This document shows positions 27,713-36,710 of a stretch of 64,000 nucleotides of DNA, in pieces (position 1 is the first letter of the stretch; every line of letters begins with the position of its first letter). The notes below the pieces were generated by a model. It saw nothing but the letters and a program-made list of their open reading frames with translations, had not been told where the DNA came from and did no database searches. The DNA is from a virus. The position numbers were made by a program, and so were the translations under genes. Location: IMG/VR virus record IMGVR_UViG_3300023174_006137, positions 95,492-159,491 of that record. One strand, written 5' to 3'.

Positions 27713-28477
27713 TTAATCAATCCAATTTTCAATTTTTTCTTCAATAATTTTAAATAATAACTTTTTTGCCTTTTTATGTTTCATATCAGAAATAGTATGA
27801 GCTAAATGAAATTTATCATTTGAACCAGTTTTTAACTTAGCTTTTTCATAAGAAAGTTTATTTTTAGAAAAATAATCATCAAAATTTTCAAAAATAGTTT
27901 TTGTTTTAAGATTATATGCTTTATCTGATTCTAAATCAAAAATATCTAATTCAATTCCCGATTCTAAATCAATTTCTTCATAATCAGTATCATTTAAAAT
28001 AGATTCAATTTTTTTATCACGATTTATTGCTTTAGCTAAATCTTTATATTTTTCCAAATCTTCAACACAAGGTTGCCAAACATATTCATTTTTATAATAC
28101 AATGTCCATTCTTCAGAATATACATCACCATTTATATCATTCGTCCAAATTTTATCTATTAAACGACAACATAAACGCATCCATTTTATTTGTTCCGGCA
28201 AATCAACAGGATAATATTTACCAACTTTGCATTTTCTTTCAAATTCATTAGCAGTTTTTTCTAATTTAAAACGCCAAATTTTTATTATATCATCATAACC
28301 AAAATCAGTATCTTTCCAAACAATTTTGGCCCATTTAAATATATTTGAAATGCCTTTTTTAAAATTATAATAAGGAATTTCAAATCTATATGTTTTAGTA
28401 TAAGACCACCAACTCTCTAATCTTTCAATTAGAGTATCTTTTTGTCTTTTCTTTTTATAAATATCTGTTAAATTCAT
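27713..28477 (-). CDS. Hypothetical phage protein
   Basis: GI.NI.KW...VWKD.DF pattern; internal RDKKIESILND. Confidence 0.6.
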   Translation of the reverse strand: MNLTDIYKKKRQKDTLIERLESWWSYTKTYRFEIPYYNFKKGISNIFKWAKIVWKDTDFGYDDIIKIWRFKLEKTANEFERKCKVGKYYPVDLPEQIKWMRLCCRLIDKIWTNDINGDVYSEEWTLYYKNEYVWQPCVEDLEKYKDLAKAINRDKKIESILNDTDYEEIDLESGIELDIFDLESDKAYNLKTKTIFENFDDYFSKNKLSYEKAKLKTGSNDKFHLAHTISDMKHKKAKKLLFKIIEEKIENWID

Positions 28478-29544
28478 ATTATTTTGGCAAAATTACGCTT
28501 TCCAACTTTTATTATATCACCAGTTTTTATTTCAAATTCTTCAGTAACTTTTTCGCCATTTACTTTCACAGCATTAGATTTCAATAATCTTCTAGCATCT
28601 GATTTAGAACCCTTAATTATTTTACTTACTATTTCAACAAGATTTCCAACTGATAATTCAATCATATCTTCAGGAATTTGCTTACTTTGTATTACTGATT
28701 CAAAATGAATTTTAGCCATTTCTGCTAATTCTTCATTCCATATTTCAGTTGTTATTTGAAAAGCCAATTCTTTCTTTTGCTCCATTGGATGCTTAATTTC
28801 AATTTTATCAAAGAAAATTGGCAACCATTCATTCATAGTTTCATCAGAAATAGACATACATTTTCCAAAAACATCTTCTGGAGAATCATTTAAATTAATA
28901 GTATTGTTAAATGATTTTGACATTTTTCTACCATCTAATCCATTAATTACAGGTGTCATTATACAAACTTGTGGTTCAATACCATTAATAGTTTGCAACT
29001 CACGTCCTTTAATCATATTAAGTAATTGATCTTGACCACCGATTTCAAAATTAGATTTCAATACTACACTATCTATACCTTGTAATAAGGGATATACTAA
29101 TTCTTGCATTGATATTCCTGAACCATTTTGTATTCGATTTTGAAAAGAATCACGATTTAATAAATCTTGAACCGTAAATTTTGATAAAATAGACATTATA
29201 TCAACTAAAGTCATTTTATCAAACCATTCATTATTAAAATGAATAGTTATATCATCGCCTAGTATTCTTTTTATTTGTGGTAAAATGCAACTTGTATTTT
29301 CTAATACAACTTCTTTTTCCAACATAGGCCTAGTAGAATCTCTACCTGTAGCATCACCAATTGTAGAAGTAAATGTACCTAATACAATATGTATATCACA
29401 ACCATCATTCTTCAACAATTTAACAATTCTTAAAGGCAATAAATGACCTAAATGCAGCGAAGTCCCAGAAGGATCAATACCAAATTTAACTATACCTTTC
29501 TTTTGAAAAAGATTTGTATTTTCGGGAAATGTAGAAAATTTCAT
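28474..29544 (-). CDS. tyrS: Tyrosyl-tRNA synthetase
   Basis: GIDPSG.SLHLGH, YPLLQG.D, GGQDQ..N, KMSKS, C-terminal S4 domain. Confidence 0.93.
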   Translation of the reverse strand: MKFSTFPENTNLFQKKGIVKFGIDPSGTSLHLGHLLPLRIVKLLKNDGCDIHIVLGTFTSTIGDATGRDSTRPMLEKEVVLENTSCILPQIKRILGDDITIHFNNEWFDKMTLVDIMSILSKFTVQDLLNRDSFQNRIQNGSGISMQELVYPLLQGIDSVVLKSNFEIGGQDQLLNMIKGRELQTINGIEPQVCIMTPVINGLDGRKMSKSFNNTINLNDSPEDVFGKCMSISDETMNEWLPIFFDKIEIKHPMEQKKELAFQITTEIWNEELAEMAKIHFESVIQSKQIPEDMIELSVGNLVEIVSKIIKGSKSDARRLLKSNAVKVNGEKVTEEFEIKTGDIIKVGKRNFAKII

Positions 29545-29590
29545 AATAAGCAAAGATAAGAAAAAAAATTTAAGAAAACAAATAAAATTT

Positions 29591-30154
29591 TTAACTTATT
29601 TTACTTTTAAGAAAATCATCAAATTTACTAACCAATGATATTGATTTAGCTAAAATATCCTTTTTTTCTTCGTCGAATTTATATTTACCAAAATAACTAT
29701 TTTGAAAATGTAATCTTAATAAATTAACATCATCTAAAATTGAATTATTTGGATATTTTTTATCATATGAATTTTTAATAAAATGATACATCATATTACT
29801 TGGCTCAGTAAAAATACCTTCAATATCACAATTTTTTAATCTATCATATGCTTTTCCATATTCAGTTTTTTTACCAAAAATAGAATTAACTATTGTTTTA
29901 AAACTTTCATTATATGATTTAATTGTAAAATATTTTTTAAAAGTATTTACACCACAAGTTTGACTATATTCGTCATCATGATATATTTTATAATAATTTT
30001 TACCTTTTGTATCAGTTTTTAATTGATATTTATATTCTTCACCACTATTAAATCCTTCTAAGCCTGAAACGCCAAGTGGTTCATCTTTACAAACACAAAT
30101 ACCTTCTTCTTTTATTTCATTAGCTTCGTTAAAAGCAATCCAATTTTTAATCAT
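29591..30154 (-). CDS. Hypothetical late protein
   Basis: MIKNWIAFNE N-terminus. Confidence 0.55.
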   Translation of the reverse strand: MIKNWIAFNEANEIKEEGICVCKDEPLGVSGLEGFNSGEEYKYQLKTDTKGKNYYKIYHDDEYSQTCGVNTFKKYFTIKSYNESFKTIVNSIFGKKTEYGKAYDRLKNCDIEGIFTEPSNMMYHFIKNSYDKKYPNNSILDDVNLLRLHFQNSYFGKYKFDEEKKDILAKSISLVSKFDDFLKSKIS

Positions 30155-30858
30155 AAATTATTTTTAATTATTTTTATGTATGATGGATGTATATTATCAT
30201 AAGTAAAATAACCGCCATAAAAATTAGGATCAGTGTGTAACATTAAATTATCCTCTCGACAATCTATTTCTAATAAAGCGTATAAATCATTATCTATTCT
30301 TTTTAAAAGAGTCAATAAATTATTATAATTATTTTCATCAACAAAAACATAAATTCTTTCAGGATGATCTGATTTTTTATTTTTTGATTTAGGATACAAT
30401 CCTTTCTTAAGGATATTAGGCAAAAACTTACTTTTTGTAAGATGATATACATAGTCAGGACAAATTACATTATTAGTATATATACCATCTTCGTATTTTG
30501 ATTCAAATTTAATAAAAATAGTATCTGATAATTTAATTTTATCTAAATTTTTTTTATCTTCTATTTCATGCCATTTAAAATTTTCCTCATTATTGTCTCT
30601 AAATTTTAATTTAAAATTAGAAGGATAATAACCATAGAGATTTGAATAATTCATTATTAACGATTTTAATAAATCAATATCTAAATTAGAATTTTTAATA
30701 ATTATTATTATTTCAAATTTAGATTTAGCACCGACTTGATTTTTTATTCTCCATTTTGATAAGTCAAAAGAAATTAATTCTGCTGATTTTTTAGAATCAT
30801 GCGAAACAATGAGTCCTTCTTTAATTTCAATTATAAATTTTTCATAACTTTTAATCAT
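30151..30858 (-). CDS. Putative ADP-ribosyltransferase-fold (KptA/Tpt1-like) protein
   Basis: VYHLT.....NILKKGL.P, RIYVF, LLEID, Y.T.DNI.P.YI. Confidence 0.55.
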   Translation of the reverse strand: MIKSYEKFIIEIKEGLIVSHDSKKSAELISFDLSKWRIKNQVGAKSKFEIIIIIKNSNLDIDLLKSLIMNYSNLYGYYPSNFKLKFRDNNEENFKWHEIEDKKNLDKIKLSDTIFIKFESKYEDGIYTNNVICPDYVYHLTKSKFLPNILKKGLYPKSKNKKSDHPERIYVFVDENNYNNLLTLLKRIDNDLYALLEIDCREDNLMLHTDPNFYGGYFTYDNIHPSYIKIIKNNL

Positions 30859-30859
30859 A

Positions 30860-31022
30860 TATCTTATAATAATCTTTACCTTTGTATCAGTTTTGAATTG
30901 ATATTTATACTAATTGCCACAATTAAATCTCTCTAAACCAGAATAACATACGATTCATCTTTACAAATATCTTCTTCTTTTATTTGATTAGCTTCATTAA
31001 AAGCAATCCAATTTTTAATCAT
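30860..31022 (-). pseudogene. Degenerate partial duplicate of the 5' end of 29591..30154
   Basis: MIKNWIAFNEANQIKEE..CKDE, then frameshift and stop, then YKYQFKTDTK. Confidence 0.75.
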
Positions 31023-31036
31023 ACTTTATATATTTA

Positions 31037-31222
31037 TTATAAATAATAAGTATCTGTTGGAAGTGACTTTATTTTTTGTTCTTCCAATTGCTTATCCATT
31101 ATATTAATAGCAGCTATATGATTTGGTTTATCTAATATAATTACTTTATCTTCTTCTCTAAGTTTATCCATAATTATATGAGTTTTGCTTATTTTATTTG
31201 GTTTATATTCTTTTTCTTCCAT
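31037..31222 (-). CDS. Hypothetical protein
   Basis: 61 aa ORF. Confidence 0.45.
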   Translation of the reverse strand: MEEKEYKPNKISKTHIIMDKLREEDKVIILDKPNHIAAINIMDKQLEEQKIKSLPTDTYYL

Positions 31223-31225
31223 ATA

Positions 31226-31378
31226 TTATATATTCTCTTTGATTTCTTCTTCTTTCCATCCTTCTTCTTCATAATATGAGTATTGTTCACGCAATTTCAT
31301 ACCTTCAGTTGGTTCCAAAATGACTAATGCTTCAGGATTTAATTTCTGAAGCATTTCAATAAGTTCTTTTACTTTCAT
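31226..31378 (-). CDS. Small hypothetical phage protein
   Basis: MKVKELIEMLQKLNPEALVIL..., 50 aa. Confidence 0.55.
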   Translation of the reverse strand: MKVKELIEMLQKLNPEALVILEPTEGMKLREQYSYYEEEGWKEEEIKENI

Positions 31379-31379
31379 A

Positions 31380-31485
31380 GAGTCAAAGCAGGAATCGAAC
31401 CTGCGATTGCTTTACCATACAGAGTGCCATTAGCCGTTAATCTCAACCTTTGGAGGTGCTTATGTTGCCACTACACTATTTGACT
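31380..31485 (-). ncRNA. Aberrant tRNA-like RNA (expanded centre, no clear anticodon stem)
   Basis: 7-bp acceptor AGTCAAA/TTTGACT, D-arm GTGT/ACAT, T-arm GCAGG TTCGATT CCTGC. Confidence 0.55.
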
Positions 31486-31505
31486 ATTTTTTATATTTTT
31501 GATTT

Positions 31506-32032
31506 TTATGAAAGTTTATATCTTTTTTCTTTCATTTTATTAATACGGTTTTTAAAATCAAGTAAAAAAGATTCAGGTATTCTAATTCCCCTTTCTTCAA
31601 ATTCTTTTAAAATTTCTTCTTCTGTAAAACACCAATCAGCAATACCTTCTGCCCACATATTTAAATATAATCCCCAAGATTTTTTACCAATTATAACTGA
31701 TTTCAATATATTTGGATGTCTGCAAATTATTTTTCTTGTTTTAAAGTATCCATCATCAAATAATCTAAATCCTTCTCTGCTACATGTAGAATTTATATCA
31801 AATTCTACTTCTATGTTTTCGCCACAGAATGTTAATAGTCCAGAACGATATACTTTTAAAAAGAAATTAAATTTTTCATTAAAACTATCAGAAAATTTTC
31901 GTAATTTACGACTATGACGAGTGCCATATTTAGATTGAGTAATTTGTTTTTTTTGTTTAAAGTCGTAAGAGGATTGAGTTCCCGTTACGACTAAATTGCG
32001 ACCAGCGTGGTGCCTCCGAAATTTTGATTCAT
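31506..32032 (-). CDS. Hypothetical protein (~175 aa) requiring a -1 frameshift at codons 4-5
   Basis: ATG AAT CAA AAT TTC contains A_AAT_TTC; the -1 frame is open to 31506 with no ATG/GTG/TTG start before the TTG at 31706. Confidence 0.55.
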
Positions 32033-32053
32033 AGTTTTATTTTTTATTTTTAG

Positions 32054-32126
32054 TGGAGAATGACGGTTACGATCCGACTACTTAGGTTTGCAAAACCCAT
32101 GTTTTACCAATTACAACTAATTCCCC
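32054..32126 (-). tRNA. tRNA-Ala(UGC)
   Basis: G3:U70; TGGGT-TT TGC AA-ACCTA; T-loop ATCGTAA. Confidence 0.85.
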
Positions 32127-32197
32127 TCTTAATGAAATGTCAACTGTTCCGGTTGGTGTTTTAAATCTTTCAATCCGTGGTTGACACTTCATTTTTG

Positions 32198-32271
32198 AGT
32201 CGATAACCGGGTTCGAACCGGCTCTATTCCAGCATGGCAAGCTGGTGCACCACCAATTATGCGTTATCGAC
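32198..32271 (-). tRNA. tRNA-Gly(GCC)
   Basis: CCAGC-TT GCC AT-GCTGG; U73. Confidence 0.85.
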
Positions 32272-32913
32272 TTTTTTAATAATTCTACCTTTTATCCATC
32301 CCATACTCAAATATTGATTTAAATCCATTTTTTTAATTTTTTTATTTCCAAATTCAAAATGATATATCCAACAAGTTCCATACTGTGAGTTTTTTTCTCC
32401 TTTTTGATTTTCTGAATTTTTTTCTCCTATTTTGATTTTTGTCTCTTCTTTATGCTTTTTGCCAGTCCAATTAGGAGGATTCTTCAATACACCTAATTCT
32501 CTGAGTTTTTTATTCTGTATAATCATTCTTTCTTTATTTCTTTTTATAAATTCAGGATTATTCCAGTTAATTTTATTCATAGAGATAGCCGCCTTTTTAT
32601 TTTTTTCTTTTCTTAAAATAATATTATTATTTATAGATTCAAAACAATCGCCACCTATAATTATGTTATAAACATCAGTTCTTTTTATAAACTCCTCATT
32701 AACTATTTCTCTTTCTTTCAAATATGCTTCATTTTCATCAGTAAATATGAATAATATTTCTTTTCTAAAATTTTCTATTCCATATTTTTGTATTGCTCTT
32801 TTTATATATTTTCCACTACCCATATATTCGTCATCTAAATTATTTGTAGAGTGTTTTCCTATATAAAATTTTCCATTTAATATATTTTCTATTTTGTAAA
32901 TTGTATGTAACAT
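32257..32913 (-). CDS. GIY-YIG (Seg-like) homing endonuclease with NUMOD3
   Basis: IYKIEN..NGKFYIGKH, Y.GSG, KYG.ENF..E, G.KH..ETK.KI; stop codon lies inside tRNA-Gly. Confidence 0.88.
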   Translation of the reverse strand: MLHTIYKIENILNGKFYIGKHSTNNLDDEYMGSGKYIKRAIQKYGIENFRKEILFIFTDENEAYLKEREIVNEEFIKRTDVYNIIIGGDCFESINNNIILRKEKNKKAAISMNKINWNNPEFIKRNKERMIIQNKKLRELGVLKNPPNWTGKKHKEETKIKIGEKNSENQKGEKNSQYGTCWIYHFEFGNKKIKKMDLNQYLSMGWIKGRIIKKVDNA

Positions 32914-32965
32914 AATTTTAAACTATTTTATTTATATATAAAATAGTTCGAGTCCTGTTACTCAG

Positions 32966-33036
32966 AGCAGAATGTGGGAATCAAACCCCGTCTCCACGTT
33001 GGAAGCGTGGCACTTTATCATTAAGCTACATTCTGC
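32966..33036 (-). tRNA. tRNA-Gly(UCC)
   Basis: CCACG-CT TCC AA-CGTGG; U73; shortened T-stem. Confidence 0.78.
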
Positions 33037-33042
33037 ATTTCG

Positions 33043-33114
33043 AACTACCGAGCGGTTACGATCCGCCTACTCCGGGGTGAAAACCCAGTATTTTCCCGAT
33101 TAAACTACGGTAGC
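33043..33114 (-). tRNA. tRNA-Glu(UUC)
   Basis: CTGGG-TT TTC AC-CCCGG; T-loop ATCGTAA. Confidence 0.78.
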
Positions 33115-33122
33115 ATTTTTTG

Positions 33123-33193
33123 TAGCACCGAGGGGTTACGATCCCCCGACTGATCCTTGAAAGGGACCCGATTTACCATTAATCTACGGTGCC
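33123..33193 (-). tRNA. tRNA-Glu(UUC)
   Basis: GGTCC-CT TTC AA-GGATC; T-loop ATCGTAA. Confidence 0.82.
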
Positions 33194-33345
33194 ATATCTT
33201 GTATTTTATGTAAGATATAAGTTATTTGCGTTTCATTTATTTGAATTGTACCTCTTAATTTAATCCAAAAAATAGCATTAACAATCACTACAATAAAAGT
33301 TTTTCAATTTCAATCTCAATTTTTCATACATTTTTTTATTTTTAG

Positions 33346-33427
33346 TGGGTTAGGTAGGACTCGAACCTACGAACTCAAACGAGGGCGGATTTACAGTCCG
33401 CTGCAATTGCCACTATGCGACTAACCC
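33346..33427 (-). tRNA. tRNA-Tyr(GUA)
   Basis: GCGGA-CT GTA AA-TCCGC; class II arm. Confidence 0.92.
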
Positions 33428-33435
33428 AATTTTTG

Positions 33436-33528
33436 TGCCTCAGGTAGGACTCGAACCTACTTACTGCGTGCCAATACGACTATTTGTTAAAGCAGACTTG
33501 TTTTACAGACAAGTGCCGTTACTAAGGC
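33436..33528 (-). tRNA. D-armless tRNA-Tyr(GUA)-like RNA with oversized variable arm
   Basis: Acceptor GCCTTAG/CTGAGGC, 8-nt linker, CTTGT-CT GTA AA-ACAAG, ~36-nt extra arm, canonical T-arm. Confidence 0.65.
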
Positions 33529-33536
33529 TTATACAC

Positions 33537-33570
33537 AAAAAAAGCGTCCAACTTTTGGTTGGACGCTTTT
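33537..33570 (-). terminator. Attenuator terminator of the Tyr/Glu/Gly/Ala operon
   Basis: AAAAGCGTCCAAC-CAAAA-GTTGGACGC-T7. Confidence 0.9.
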
Positions 33571-33593
33571 ATATAGTATTTTTGTTATTTAAC

Positions 33594-33689
33594 TTAACTA
33601 CATAACTTACCAACCTCTGAGTGTTTACCCTCATAGCCATACGCTCCTTCATAAGCGGCTGTTGTTAATATGTTATTTAAGTTAGTCAT
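33594..33689 (-). promoter_or_regulatory. Leader peptide MTNLNNILTTAAYEGAYGYEGKHSEVGKLCS (A/Y/E/G attenuator)
   Basis: 11 consecutive A/Y/E/G codons; GGTTGG is complementary to terminator CCAACC. Confidence 0.88.
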
Positions 33690-33726
33690 AAAACTTGTTT
33701 TTTAATTGTTTATTTCTTTTGTAGTG

Positions 33727-33756
33727 CAAAGATACATAAAAGTTTTGAACTACAAA
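33727..33756 (-). promoter_or_regulatory. Bacteroidota sigma70-type promoter of tRNA operon 4
   Basis: TTTG ... TATCTTTG. Confidence 0.75.
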
Positions 33757-33794
33757 AATTTTTTTAGAAAATTTTTTATTTTCTTATTTATATA

Positions 33795-34238
33795 TTATTT
33801 TTCTAATGTCTCTTTTTGCTCTTTTTTCAATTCACGAATTCTTTCTTGAATTAATTGTTTTGTTTTAGGATTTTCAACCTTCTTATAAATAAGATTCAAT
33901 TCCTCAATTAATTCCTTTAAATGATCGTCATCATCATCAACTTCTTCTAAAATTTCTTCCATTGTTTCACTTATTTCATCAATATCTTCTTGTATTGTTT
34001 CAATATTCTCATTGTTTAAATTAATTGACATCTGAATAAAAATTGAAAGATATATAGCCTCTAAACTTACTATATTAGTAACTATATTCAACATTCTATC
34101 AAATGCAATTAAACCTGTATATGGTAATATAAACGAACCGGCAAATAATATTGTATGCAATATTACCGAAGTAGGCGAACCTATCCATTGTGTAATCGAA
34201 GAAGCTGATTTTCTCATTATTTCTTTTCCTTGTTTCAT
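33795..34238 (-). CDS. DUF1003-like membrane protein
   Basis: WIGS..S...H, VSLEAIYLSIFIQMS.N; two TM segments. Confidence 0.7.
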   Translation of the reverse strand: MKQGKEIMRKSASSITQWIGSPTSVILHTILFAGSFILPYTGLIAFDRMLNIVTNIVSLEAIYLSIFIQMSINLNNENIETIQEDIDEISETMEEILEEVDDDDDHLKELIEELNLIYKKVENPKTKQLIQERIRELKKEQKETLEK

Positions 34239-34288
34239 TTCGTTTATGTGGTTCCATGATATTTATTAATTAAGTTATATATAAAAAA

Positions 34289-34879
34289 TTAAATTAAATC
34301 TTTTACAATTTCTCTTAAAGTTTTATCCTTTAACCTTGCATCAATACCAAAATCATTAGCCGCTTTTACATCAGATATAGGATTATCACCTATCATTAAA
34401 AAATCTTGTTTTTGTAATCCAGAATAATCAATTACTTTTTGAAAAAATGATGCATTTGGTTTTTTATCATTACATTCACAGGAAAAAAATGACTTTTCAA
34501 TCCAATTATCTAAACTATATTTATAGTAAGGATACTTATAAGCGGTTGATAAATTAGACAAAACAAATAAACGATATTTACTTTTTAATTCTTGTAAAAC
34601 CCGATAACTTCCACTTATTATAGTGGTTGATTCTAATTCCGAATCTAAATGTTTTAAAAAAATATTTGTATCAAAAGCGCCATCCAATAAACCACCATCT
34701 AACATATTTTTAATTGTGGTAAGTGCAGTTTCATCGTTAGTCATTATATAATTAACGATATCTTTAGAAGTTATTTCTGAATTAGGAATTAAATGTTCTA
34801 ATAAATAAAGATATGGTTTCTTTTTAATTTCTATCTTTAATAATGTATCGTAAAGATCAAATATAATCGCTTTCTTCAT
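34289..34879 (-). CDS. HAD-superfamily hydrolase
   Basis: FDLYDTL, LSN, KP, IGDN..SD...A...G. Confidence 0.85.
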   Translation of the reverse strand: MKKAIIFDLYDTLLKIEIKKKPYLYLLEHLIPNSEITSKDIVNYIMTNDETALTTIKNMLDGGLLDGAFDTNIFLKHLDSELESTTIISGSYRVLQELKSKYRLFVLSNLSTAYKYPYYKYSLDNWIEKSFFSCECNDKKPNASFFQKVIDYSGLQKQDFLMIGDNPISDVKAANDFGIDARLKDKTLREIVKDLI

Positions 34880-35156
34880 CAACTTCATTTTCTAATTCAG
34901 ATATTAAAGAATTAAATTCAGTTTCGCCTACTTTTTCTAACAATTCTATTTCTAATTCTTTTAAACTTTCTTCAAATAATTTAATTTTATTCCTATGTTG
35001 TTTAATTTGAATTTTATACCAAGCAGTATTACGACTTAACATTTCATCTAAAAACATATCACCTTCTGCTTTCGAAAGCCACTCAGTAAAGCATTCAAAG
35101 GAACAATAGTCTTTCTCGGTTTTGATTTCTTTTTTACAATTTTTACAATTTTTCAT
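34857..35156 (-). CDS. Hypothetical Zn-finger/coiled-coil protein
   Basis: CKNC..YCSFEC. Confidence 0.5.
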   Translation of the reverse strand: MKNCKNCKKEIKTEKDYCSFECFTEWLSKAEGDMFLDEMLSRNTAWYKIQIKQHRNKIKLFEESLKELEIELLEKVGETEFNSLISELENEVDEESDYI

Positions 35157-35740
35157 ATTATGTATTTTTTAACTTCGATTGTTTTAAAACATGTCAACAA
35201 ACCATATCCAGTATTGACTTCATATGATATAGTTGCTTGTCCAATTTTATTTCCAAAAATTTTTCCAGAATTTCTATCTATTAATATAGCATCTGAATTA
35301 GATTCCCATGCACCACATTTATATTTATGTGATAAATAAACTGATTCATTTAACATTATAGAATCTTCACCTATAATTCCATATAATTCTTTTTCATCTT
35401 CATCTGTGGTAGTTTCAATCTCATCTTCTGAAAAGAAATCTTCTAATAATTTTGCACGAATTTTAGCATGTACTTGTTCAGTAATATATCCAACTTTATC
35501 GACTTCCCAAGGTTTTACCTGATAATCTATATTTAGAAAACTAACATACGCAATCCCATCTTTTGGGATTGCGTATGGTAAAATTAAAAAACCAAATAAT
35601 TCAATATATTCATATATATCTTCATATGGTATTTTATAGGTAGAACCAGTACGAATTGAATAAACATCTTCAATTTCTTCTGGCATTGTATATGTTATTA
35701 AATCATTATTACTATTTAAAGTTGTTTTATAAACTCTCAT
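35153..35740 (-). CDS. Hypothetical protein with C-terminal Ig-like (Big_2) domain
   Basis: WESNS.AI.ID..SG.I.G...G.ATI. Confidence 0.5.
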   Translation of the reverse strand: MRVYKTTLNSNNDLITYTMPEEIEDVYSIRTGSTYKIPYEDIYEYIELFGFLILPYAIPKDGIAYVSFLNIDYQVKPWEVDKVGYITEQVHAKIRAKLLEDFFSEDEIETTTDEDEKELYGIIGEDSIMLNESVYLSHKYKCGAWESNSDAILIDRNSGKIFGNKIGQATISYEVNTGYGLLTCFKTIEVKKYII

Positions 35741-35801
35741 AAAGCAAAAATAGTAAAATAATTTTTAAAAAACAAATTATTTTTTAAATTATTAAAATTA
35801 A

Positions 35802-36272
35802 TTACATACCAGAACTCAAAGCAGAACCAATATCACCTATAGTATTTACTATATCTGGCGTAATATCAGAATTAGTTTCTTTTGGCGAAGATGGCATACT
35901 ATAATCACTAAATCTTTTAACATCTTGAGTTGCAGTATTAGATAAAACTTTTGTTTTGCCTAGATATTTAGAGTATTTATCAATTAAAGCCAATAATTCT
36001 TTTTTTGGTTCTTCATCATTTTCTTTTAAAGAATAAAAAACAATTTCACCTAATTTATCTAATAATTCAGCCTTTTCTAAATTATAATCAGGCATTTCTT
36101 TATTCATTATCTCATCTTCCGATGCTTTTTTCAAATTTTGATGCTGTCTTATAAGTTCTTGTTGATTTCTTTTAGCTTCTTCCTCACGAAGTCTTCTTTC
36201 TTCTTCCTTTCTTTTTTCCTCTGCTTGTAGTTCATCTAATATTGTTCCTTCGTTAAACTTTCTTAGTTTCAT
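35802..36272 (-). CDS. Hypothetical late coiled-coil protein
   Basis: MKLRKFNE N-terminus. Confidence 0.55.
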   Translation of the reverse strand: MKLRKFNEGTILDELQAEEKRKEEERRLREEEAKRNQQELIRQHQNLKKASEDEIMNKEMPDYNLEKAELLDKLGEIVFYSLKENDEEPKKELLALIDKYSKYLGKTKVLSNTATQDVKRFSDYSMPSSPKETNSDITPDIVNTIGDIGSALSSGM

Positions 36273-36319
36273 TGTAATAAAATTATTTTTAATATATATA
36301 TTAAATTGTAATAATTAAA

Positions 36320-36709
36320 ATGCAAAAACCAGAAGTTAGAGTAATAGAATATCAACAAGATTCTAAACCACAAGAAATAAACGTATCATCATCGGAAGCT
36401 TATGCATTAATGGCTAAATATGGTTTATCTAAACCAAATATACCCGAACCTCAACCTATTCATAATGATCCAAATAGAGATTTAACTTTTTATGAATTAG
36501 TTGCACTTGAAGAAGCTAAAATTAAAGCTGAAAGACAACAAAAAGAAATGGAAAGATTAAGAGAATTGAATAAACCAACTCCACATTCTTTCGATAGAAA
36601 TAAAGTTCAATACTATGATAATAATTACCGAAGCATTGAAGATTCTGGATTTGGTTTAGAAGTCAAAATTGTATCAGATATGCCAATAAATAATCAATAT
36701 TATAAATAA
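36320..36709 (+). CDS. Hypothetical protein
   Basis: 129 aa ORF after TAATATATA. Confidence 0.55.
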   Translation: MQKPEVRVIEYQQDSKPQEINVSSSEAYALMAKYGLSKPNIPEPQPIHNDPNRDLTFYELVALEEAKIKAERQQKEMERLRELNKPTPHSFDRNKVQYYDNNYRSIEDSGFGLEVKIVSDMPINNQYYK

Positions 36710-36710
36710 T

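Noticed and set aside
33195-33331. Possible ORF with three in-frame TGA codons between tRNA-Tyr and tRNA-Glu (readthrough/Sec)
   Set aside because: Low-complexity ATTGA repeats; no SECIS or tRNA-Sec evidence.
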